Positions 49,548-57,138 of a stretch of DNA of 64,000 bases are shown piece by piece. Both the position numbers and the translations under genes were made by a program. Below the pieces are notes generated by a model. That model was not told the origin of the DNA, made no database searches, and saw only the letters and a program-made list of their open reading frames with translations. This DNA is from Pseudomonadota bacterium (lineage in GTDB: Bacteria; Pseudomonadota; Alphaproteobacteria; Sphingomonadales; Sphingomonadaceae). The DNA is taken from assembly GCA_039025455.1 (NCBI GenBank), contig JBCCOF010000001.1, positions 7,338 to 71,337 of the forward strand. Reading direction: 5' to 3'. The first letter of the stretch is position 1. Every line of letters begins with the position of its first letter.

Positions 49548-50332
49548 AGTTCGACATCCCATCGTCGATAGACAAAGCCGTCGCTGCCATCGGCTAATTC
49601 TTCACATGGCAAAGCCTCACCAGAACGGTAGACCGTATGAAGCGTCGGTGAGGGCTGCTGTCGATCCCGGTCGATGCCGCTGATATCCCAGTTTGAGCAT
49701 GACACATACAAGCGATCTCTGTCGCGGTAGCGTTTCGAGAGCATCGCGCGTTTGGCCCTCAGGGTCCCACCATTTCCCATGCGGTCATGTGTTGGGTTCA
49801 CGATGATATCGGCCTGCATCATGGCGGCGCGAACGTCGGGGCAGATGTGTTTGGGATGGTGCCGCCCCTGCACAATGTTCAGCTCACCGCAGATGAGCCC
49901 GAAGACTTGGTAGCCTCGCACTTCACCAGTCCGGTCTGCGAGTTGAAGCCTTAGTCGCGTCACCGCATCACACTGGCTGTCAGTGGCCTCTTCGGCTCTT
50001 CAAAAGGCTTGCGACCCAAACCGGTGCAGCGCGTGAGGCTTTGGTCCAATCATCCAGAGCGAGTGGCGTGACGGATCGCCTACACCGACCGTTGTTTCGT
50101 GATGGACCTCAACCACCACCGCCAAACTTCGGTTCAAAGCTGCGATGCCCCTCGACAGGTCGGCAAGCTCGTGGATGGTGTCCACCGCATATCCCGCCGT
50201 CACAAGCAGCGATGGCTGATAGAGTTGAACACAACCCAGGATAATCTCGACCCGTCTGGCAGGCGGTAGCACCATTCGCGGACCATGCTTTGCGAAGGAC
50301 AGCGTTCCGGTGTCTAGCGTCGAACGATCCAT
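49544..50332 (-). pseudogene. Carbon-nitrogen hydrolase-like gene interrupted by one in-frame TGA at 50000-50002
   Basis: ORFs 50000-50332 and 49544-49963 share a frame and are joined by RAEEATDSQCDA; LICGE nucleophile-elbow-like motif; TGATG coupling to DUF3768. Confidence 0.6.
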
Positions 50333-50697
50333 CAGTACTCTCGCGCGAGCATGACGGTGAGCACGCGGCACGTTCGCGCTGGGTCAGCAGGGTCTTCCGA
50401 CCCGTATTTCAGCTCGGGATCATAATAGTCGATCTTCCAGAAGACCTTCTCGCCACGATACCTAAACGCTCCGAAGTCTCGCTCGCCGTGTGGATCGTTG
50501 GCCTGGGTGAAGTCGTTGTGGTCGCGAACTTGAGACAGGATATCGACCGCCGCGCTTTCGCCTAAGCTCAGGATGCCTTCGGTCACAAACACCTGCCCCG
50601 GTGTCTGACCCCTTCGCAATTGGTCGTTCAACCTTGCTATCTTCGCAGTGCGTTCATTCGCGGACTGCAGGCACACGTCTTCCTTCTGACAAGCCAT
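50332..50697 (-). CDS. DUF3768 domain protein
   Basis: IA.LND..R, NDPHGERDFG, WKIDYYD, DPADP..T.RVLT.MLA.EY. Confidence 0.92.
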   Translation of the reverse strand: MACQKEDVCLQSANERTAKIARLNDQLRRGQTPGQVFVTEGILSLGESAAVDILSQVRDHNDFTQANDPHGERDFGAFRYRGEKVFWKIDYYDPELKYGSEDPADPARTCRVLTVMLAREY

Positions 50698-50753
50698 GTC
50701 AGTTCTCCTTTTTCAGATTGTTGGGATTGCGGCGATCTCGGTGCCGCGACCGA

Positions 50754-51335
50754 TCAGAGCATTCTGATAAGTTTACGCTGAGCGTCTCGGTCGCCCATGA
50801 TTTAGCGCTCTGTAGTGGTCAGAGCGCGATGTCCGGCAAGCTCCTGCACATCGCGAAGCGACCCGCCTGCCTTGCTGATCGCTCTGGCCGAGCGCGTAAT
50901 GAACGTGCGCCTTCCCGAATGCGATGACGCTCCGACTATCCCTATGTCTGCGTAGGCTGCCGCGAACCAGTTCACGATGCTCTGCGCTGTCATGGGACCG
51001 CCTCGCTCTGACATGACGATAGGTCCAGTATCAGGCCTGCCTGATTGTTTGTGATGCGAGCGAAGCGCTCTCTTCAAATCTGTATGCATGGGGATCAATC
51101 GCCCGCTGCCATACTTCGCAATCGATGCAGAGATCGTCAGCTGGTCGCTTATCTTGCCGTCCGATGTCAGTGCCATTGGCCAAGTGAGACCTGCTATCTC
51201 GCAGGCCCTAAGCCCAGCTTTGAAGCTGGCTTCAACGATCACGCGATTGCGGGTTCCATGCCGAAGCGAGCCGACATGCTCCTGAAGCAGGCGCACGTCA
51301 GCAGGCTCCAGCATCCTTGCTGGTTGCCTAGTCAT
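50754..51335 (-). pseudogene. Catalytic-domain-only tyrosine recombinase with a nonsense codon at the catalytic Tyr
   Basis: GLRACE, AK, SHSGRRTF, LAGH...TTER then TAA (50802-50804); reading continues IMGDRDAQRKLIRML to TGA at 50754. Confidence 0.85.
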
Positions 51336-51423
51336 TGTCTGTCCTTTGGGAAACGTCGCGCTCGAACCGCACTAACGCTGTGACTAGCAAAGCAAATGGA
51401 AAATGTCAAATAACATCATTGTA

Positions 51424-51711
51424 TCAATGATTTAAGGCCGAGTCATTAACTTCCTCAAGTAGATCGGAATCGTCGAGCTCTGGTGATGGGAGCGCAAGCA
51501 TAATGCGCCGCTCAAGTCGGGCCTTGGGCCTTGGCTTGCCCGAGACCCAAACCGTCATCTTCGTACTCGACCAATGCACTTGCGCTCCGCATGGGCACCG
51601 AAGCATGTAGACGCCATTCGGCTCTTCACTCCATCGGCCCTTTATGCCCAGATCTTCCAAGAAGTCTTGGAAGTCTGCTTTGGACCCTTCGAACTTGAGC
51701 TTTGCCATCAT
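51424..51711 (-). CDS. Small hypothetical protein
   Basis: AAGGGG RBS, LKF.GS..DFQ.....GI.G.W, GA..HW...T.W..GK. Confidence 0.7.
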   Translation of the reverse strand: MMAKLKFEGSKADFQDFLEDLGIKGRWSEEPNGVYMLRCPCGAQVHWSSTKMTVWVSGKPRPKARLERRIMLALPSPELDDSDLLEEVNDSALNH

Positions 51712-52111
51712 TTTTCCCCTTCGCTCAGTTGGCAAAGGTGAATTTACAGTGGCCAATTTGCATTCAATCTGCGCGAGTTCAACGGCGCCAGCGTGGCAGT
51801 TTGTGGGCCGGGAGCGGCATGTCCGGTTTGAAGCTGAAACACTTCGATAGCTGGCACTTGAAGAACGACCTATTCGTGATCAGTCGATCGTCAGCTTGAG
51901 AGCTCAAGCGTATCATTTATCTGCCAACGCAATCACCCGTGCCGTCAAACCGGCGATATCGCCGCCTGCGACGCTTTGCGTCTACTCAAATGAATGGATA
52001 GGCTGACACTACAGCCCCCAAATTTCATTGGCGCGAATTCGACCGGGCGATATATGCGGAAATGATTCGTACATCTTTGTGAATAAAGGAAGGCGTCCTT
52101 AGTACCAGAGG

Positions 52112-54586
52112 CTAATCCTCAGATTTATCGCTACTAGGAACTGGCGCTCCGAACGGTACAGTGAATCGAAACTCTACACGGTTGCCATCGGTTTCGATCG
52201 GACTGCGGACTTCGACTAGATCCGTTTTCTGGGGCACAGCTTGGTTCCTGCCTAGCCTTACAGCTACGACAGTGACCATCACCTGCGATGTGAGTGCGAT
52301 TGCATATCGCCGAGCCTGTTTGCCAGCGTGCTTCTTCGCTCCCCCAAGGTTCTTCGTCTCCTTGCCCTCGTACTTGTTCTCCACAAGCACTCGGTCAGCT
52401 AGAACGAGGTCGGTTTCTCCGCCGCCAACCTCGGTACCTTCTCTGACTGAGACACGGGCAGACCGACAATGATCACGCAGCTGCTTCTGCAGGTCCGCTT
52501 CATCCTTTACCTCGCTGCTAACCCGATCGCTTTCGAACCAAAGGTCAATAAAACTGAAGAGCGCATCAAGAGTCGTGGTAAAAGCATCAAGGTCGGCTCT
52601 TGTTAGACCAGACTGTAAGTGCTGATTGGCTTTTGCGGTCAGCGTTGCCGCTAAATTCGGATTCTCGCCCGCCCAATTCTTCGGCACGCGGAGGTCGTCA
52701 ACTCGCAGGGTTAGAAGTGAGTGCTTCTTCTCTGTGAGAAGGTCTGCCGCATCCTGATCCAACAGGCCTAACTTGACCATCGGTGGCAACCAACTTGGAT
52801 CGACCATTGTGCCGGCTTTGATGAATCCATTCGCGTTCGAACTCATAACAACGCCGAAGCGGGTCAAGAATTCGATACTCGAAGCTAACGCAATGACCGG
52901 CAGGACTGAACGGGGGCAGAAGACAAAACCGGTGCGCTTTTGAAGGTCATAGGCATCAGCCCATTTTACCGGATTGAATGAGAACTCTGGGACCTTAAGC
53001 GTGCCATCTGGGTAGCGCGCCATTATTCGGATCGCGTCAGCCTTGCGTTTTGGCAAGTCTACGATGACCTGTTCTGGACCAATATCCTGCAGCGAAGAAA
53101 CAAAGGCAGCCATTCGCTCACGGTCTACACCTTCTTTGTGAAGGGCTTCACTGATTTCGAGGGCTCGCGCGTGTATCGCCGCTCCTACTTCATAGCGCTG
53201 TGCTAATGTGTTCAACGCTTTGAGGACCCGTCGCCAAAGCTTGTTGCGCGTGGACTCTCCATCCTCTCCAGCGAGAGCATCGGGCATTGCAATCAATCTA
53301 GAACGAAATGCAAACGCTCTGTGAAGCAAGTCTCGCTTTAGTATGCCTTCCGCCAAACGTTTCGCTGGCGCGGATGTCATAGAGACTTCTTTATGGGTAA
53401 CTTCACCCGCAAATATACGAATGAGCGTGTCATCCCCAACAGGCAGAAAGATTTCGTCCAGACTCAGACGATGCCCTCGATCGCGCTCGGCCACCAATAG
53501 CATTCTTTGGGCCATGGCTTCCGCCGCACGAACTTTGTGATGGTGATACAGCCGGTCATAAAGGAAGGTCCGACCGATAAGCATCTGTTCGAATGAGCCG
53601 AAACCAGACGCAGCGATTCCGATCTGATGCACTGGATGCGGCTTCCTTTCGGCGATCCTATTCCGGGTCGCATCATCCGCCATTGGGGTATTGTCTTCCC
53701 GCATCTGGAGAACCTCCAGGCGCGAAAGGAGTCGATCTGTGTCGAAACCAATCGCAAGGCCAGCATGGTGAGCGTCGCGGCTCAGATAATCCATGCGATC
53801 CGCGTCAAGTTGGCTACTGATCAGTGCCGAGAGGTGATCAGCGCCGGGCCCATCTAGCGCACCGACGACGCATGCTACTAGCTGGTCCTGAATTGCTTCG
53901 GTCTTTTCCCAATTAGGCAATGGGAAATCGCCGTCCGCAAAAACACTACGAACTGGCTCGGAATAGATCATCATTATTGAGACGATCTCAGAGGGCGCCG
54001 GGGCTGAGTTAAGTTTGTAAGCTGCTTTCAAGAGCTGGCGGACAACCTCAAGTTCTTTTCGCCAATCGTCATTGGATGTCAGCTCTCCGAGTGGAGACGT
54101 TACTTCGAGTACAGGCTCAATCGCATGGCTGAATGGTCCATGGCCTAAATCGTGAAACATGGCGGCTAATCGCAAGCGATACCGGTCAGCTTTGCTTATT
54201 GCTGGAATATTCGCGGCGGAGTTCGCCTTGTCGCCATTCCATCGCTCTATTCTACGTTCTAGGGCGTCCACCATTCGGTCTACTGTTACGACAACCCCGA
54301 TCAGATGCTCAAGGCGATCATGGACGGCCCCCGGGAAAACTAGATAAGCTAGTCCTAGCTGGCGAACTCCGCGCATCCTTTGAAACAAGGGCGTATCGAG
54401 GAGCGCAACTTCCCAAGGGAGTAGTTCAACAGTACCCCAGACAGCATCATTGATTTGCTTGGATCGAAACTCTGACGAACCAAGCTTCTGGTGAAGAGAA
54501 TCAAGCCATTTGTCGCAGAGCCGATCGAAAGCTTGCGTCAACTCCGGCGCATCGGCGCGCAACCGTGATCGCAAGCCCCCTGACAT
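52112..54586 (-). CDS. SAMHD1-like HD phosphohydrolase fused to a C-terminal PD-(D/E)XK nuclease
   Basis: FQRMRGVRQLG...FPGA.H.R.EH, FHDLGHGPFSH, LDADRMDYL.RD, LY.H.KVR..EAM; C-terminal E..LQ, GGETDLVL...VLVENK, QARRYA. Confidence 0.85.
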   Translation of the reverse strand: MSGGLRSRLRADAPELTQAFDRLCDKWLDSLHQKLGSSEFRSKQINDAVWGTVELLPWEVALLDTPLFQRMRGVRQLGLAYLVFPGAVHDRLEHLIGVVVTVDRMVDALERRIERWNGDKANSAANIPAISKADRYRLRLAAMFHDLGHGPFSHAIEPVLEVTSPLGELTSNDDWRKELEVVRQLLKAAYKLNSAPAPSEIVSIMMIYSEPVRSVFADGDFPLPNWEKTEAIQDQLVACVVGALDGPGADHLSALISSQLDADRMDYLSRDAHHAGLAIGFDTDRLLSRLEVLQMREDNTPMADDATRNRIAERKPHPVHQIGIAASGFGSFEQMLIGRTFLYDRLYHHHKVRAAEAMAQRMLLVAERDRGHRLSLDEIFLPVGDDTLIRIFAGEVTHKEVSMTSAPAKRLAEGILKRDLLHRAFAFRSRLIAMPDALAGEDGESTRNKLWRRVLKALNTLAQRYEVGAAIHARALEISEALHKEGVDRERMAAFVSSLQDIGPEQVIVDLPKRKADAIRIMARYPDGTLKVPEFSFNPVKWADAYDLQKRTGFVFCPRSVLPVIALASSIEFLTRFGVVMSSNANGFIKAGTMVDPSWLPPMVKLGLLDQDAADLLTEKKHSLLTLRVDDLRVPKNWAGENPNLAATLTAKANQHLQSGLTRADLDAFTTTLDALFSFIDLWFESDRVSSEVKDEADLQKQLRDHCRSARVSVREGTEVGGGETDLVLADRVLVENKYEGKETKNLGGAKKHAGKQARRYAIALTSQVMVTVVAVRLGRNQAVPQKTDLVEVRSPIETDGNRVEFRFTVPFGAPVPSSDKSED

Positions 54587-54593
54587 GATCCAC

Positions 54594-54998
54594 TCAGGCG
54601 TCCTCGAACTGCCCGGCATCCTTAGCTCTGATTTCCTCGCTAAGCTCCACGAGCTTCGCGCCGAGCTCTTGGGCTAACGCTAAATCCAAACCATAATTGA
54701 TTGCGATTTCCGATGCCTCATCTGGCTCGAGTGTGATCAACGTAGCCTGATAGGTTGGGTTCGGTTCGCTGGTGAGCATTGCCTCTTGTGCCGCAAGCAG
54801 GATATCTGGCAGCTCAAAGCACCGCAGTCCTACCCCGGTCGTTGAAAAACTGAGGTCAGCGAGCGTTTCTGGAAGATCTGAACGCAACTCACAAAGCGTG
54901 CGGTCAAGAATTCCATGAGACGTTGGCATGGGGGCTTGACGGTCACCCAGACGCCACAAAGCGACGAGCAGTTCAGCCTGCTCATACCGTCCCGGCAT
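54594..54998 (-). CDS. Small wHTH-like protein in an operon with the HD-nuclease
   Basis: GAGGAG RBS, 7-nt gap to the HD gene, LSF...G.RC.EL..IL and PNPTY. Confidence 0.75.
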   Translation of the reverse strand: MPGRYEQAELLVALWRLGDRQAPMPTSHGILDRTLCELRSDLPETLADLSFSTTGVGLRCFELPDILLAAQEAMLTSEPNPTYQATLITLEPDEASEIAINYGLDLALAQELGAKLVELSEEIRAKDAGQFEDA

Positions 54999-55084
54999 GA
55001 AATATCTCCTCGACTTGATCTTGTGTGTTATTAGGCGCATTTAAAACAGGCCTCAACAACAGATAGAATGCTTGTCCACCCCCA

Positions 55085-55507
55085 ATGCCCCTGAAATTCA
55101 ATACTCGCCAAGCTCAACAGCTCACAGGCATTCGGCGTGAGCAATTGCGGCATTGGCGCAAGGTGCTTCCGCCGTTGATTGGGCGTGACGGGCGTAGCGA
55201 TCTCTATGAATTCAGCGAAGTCATCGGTTTGGCGGTTATCGAGTCAATCGTCGGGCAAATGGGAATCGCTGTCTCGAGGCTTGAGGCATGTGCCCAAGAC
55301 ATCTTCGCGATCATCGCTGAAGGACTTGAAAGCAGCTCGCTCCCACCGGTCTTGCATTTGTCAGATGACGGTTCGGTATCCGTCGATGCACCAACCACTG
55401 GAATTGCGTACTGCGTGATAAACGTCCCAAGGGTCGTGGAAAAAGTGCAGGATGGCCTTGCTCCGGACGCCCGCAAGCAATTGAGATTGCCTCTTCTCAA
55501 TGTCTGA
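55085..55507 (+). CDS. MerR-like HTH protein
   Basis: F...Q...LTGI..EQLRHWRK.L.PL.......Y...EV. Confidence 0.7.
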   Translation: MPLKFNTRQAQQLTGIRREQLRHWRKVLPPLIGRDGRSDLYEFSEVIGLAVIESIVGQMGIAVSRLEACAQDIFAIIAEGLESSSLPPVLHLSDDGSVSVDAPTTGIAYCVINVPRVVEKVQDGLAPDARKQLRLPLLNV

Positions 55508-55564
55508 CATCTCACCCGCATCTCACACTGCCGGTTTATGGCCAATCGCAGGGGCATCGCTAGC

Positions 55565-56647
55565 ATGAGCGACGAGTTCACCAGCTTCCATCCAACAAGC
55601 CCTCGATCCCCTCTTCAAACCGCTGCGGCAGTTCAAGCGGGTCCCCCCATATCCCCTCAGGGAAGGATCTACCTCTACGATCCAGACGAATGGGAGGAAT
55701 TCACGAGAGAGTGGGCAGCTTGGCGAGAGAAACGGTACACAAAGATCGAAAAGTACGGCGGCTCCGGCGATAAAGGGATCGATGTTGCAGGCTTTACCGA
55801 CGCAGACGAGCTACTTGGCGTATGGGACTGCTATCAATGCAAGCATTACAGTCATCCCTTGAACCGTTCCGACGGCCTCAAGGAAATCGCGAAGATCATC
55901 TTTTTCAGTCTGCGCGGGGACTACGCGCCACCACGAAAGTATCGTTTCGTTGCACCCCGCGGCATATCAACCGCATTCAGCCAACTGCTTTCAAATTCGG
56001 TAAAGCTCAGGGAAGCTCTAATCGAGGATTGGCCCAAGCTGGTGGCTGTCTTGCCACCAGGGACACCACCGAAAATTGGGTCTGAACTCTCAGACCATTT
56101 AGATGGTTACGACTTTACCACTTTTGGCAGCGTTCCCCTCGCAACGCTTGTCGAAGAGCACTCGCACACAAGTTTCCATATCGCTCGATTTGGAGGCGGT
56201 TTGGGAGACAGACCACCAGCGCCCGCCGTCCCAGATCAAATCGGAGCAAACGAAGCTCGATATACCCGCCAGCTGCTAGACGCCTACTGCGACCAACATG
56301 GCGCGGAGGTCAATCTGAGCAACCTCGGAAAACAAAAGCGTTTCAAGTCACATTTTTCTCGATCGCGTGAAGCATTCTTCCATGCGGAATCCTTGCGAGT
56401 GTTTGTTCGTGACAAGGTCGTTCCAGGCACATTCGAAGGCCTTCAAGATCAAGTGCATGCGGGTGTCGCCGACGTCCACGAGCGGGAATTCTCTGATGGA
56501 TTTGAACGAGTATTGGCTGTTGTCGCCGCTGCTCAATCCCTAAATCTTTCTGGTCACGCTCTCGGTCCCTCTATCTTGCCGACTGATCAACGCGGTATTT
56601 GCCACCAGTTAGCCAATGAAGACCGCCTTAGGTGGGTGAGCAAATGA
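55565..56647 (+). CDS. Lamassu/ABC-3C effector: Mrr-like nuclease plus ABC-3C C-terminal domain (LmuA-like)
   Basis: WEEF..EW, GGSGDKGIDV, YQCKHY; C-terminal R..FF.AESL, GICHQLANE..L.W. Confidence 0.8.
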   Translation: MSDEFTSFHPTSPRSPLQTAAAVQAGPPISPQGRIYLYDPDEWEEFTREWAAWREKRYTKIEKYGGSGDKGIDVAGFTDADELLGVWDCYQCKHYSHPLNRSDGLKEIAKIIFFSLRGDYAPPRKYRFVAPRGISTAFSQLLSNSVKLREALIEDWPKLVAVLPPGTPPKIGSELSDHLDGYDFTTFGSVPLATLVEEHSHTSFHIARFGGGLGDRPPAPAVPDQIGANEARYTRQLLDAYCDQHGAEVNLSNLGKQKRFKSHFSRSREAFFHAESLRVFVRDKVVPGTFEGLQDQVHAGVADVHEREFSDGFERVLAVVAAAQSLNLSGHALGPSILPTDQRGICHQLANEDRLRWVSK

Positions 56648-57138
56648 CCAGGCAGGCGCTACAGACCTTCAATGGTCCGATCGAAGCCGGCATCCGCCTA
56701 ACTGCCATATTGCTGGCGGCATACCCTGCAGCGTTTGATCTCCAGCGGCTTACAGCTTTCGATTATCTGATCGGGCGAACGGGACAGTTCGAGAACGCGC
56801 CCGGCGACCTTTATCCGCCAGCGCCGATCACGACACCGCCAACTGAGGTGCGTCGCAAAGCTGCATCCCAGGCACTTGAGTTGCTTCTCAGTCGAAACAT
56901 CGCCGTTCGAACTGCGACCGAGAGTGGGATAGAATTCTCGGCCGGCTCTGCGGCCGAGTTCTTTTTTACCTCTTTATCAACCGACTATGCATTCCGCCTG
57001 AAGAACAGGGCTGATTGGCTCGTTGCAGAACTCGCGCCATTGAGTTCTGAAGAGTTTAACGCCTTGATGAGGTCGCTCTTCGAAAAATGGGCTGAGGAAT
57101 TCCAAGTAGCCCGTGATGGTCAGGGTGACGCTGCATGA
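56644..57138 (+). CDS. ABC-3C middle component (LmuC-like)
   Basis: FNGP.E.GIR...IL, DL.RL..FDY, ATGA overlaps on both sides. Confidence 0.8.
   Translation: MTRQALQTFNGPIEAGIRLTAILLAAYPAAFDLQRLTAFDYLIGRTGQFENAPGDLYPPAPITTPPTEVRRKAASQALELLLSRNIAVRTATESGIEFSAGSAAEFFFTSLSTDYAFRLKNRADWLVAELAPLSSEEFNALMRSLFEKWAEEFQVARDGQGDAA

Noticed and set aside
50754-51335. This recombinase as the island's integrase
   Set aside because: It has only a catalytic domain with no arm-binding region, is 2 kb from the tRNA, and is inactivated. No duplicated tRNA end was seen in the window, so the real integrase and second att are probably further right.
51757-52111. Palindromes (CGGCGATATCGCCG 51951-51964, GACGC-TTT-GCGTC) downstream of the HD-nuclease as a retron-like or antitoxin RNA
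   Set aside because: No reverse transcriptase, no repeats and no clear promoter or terminator. Short GC palindromes are expected by chance.
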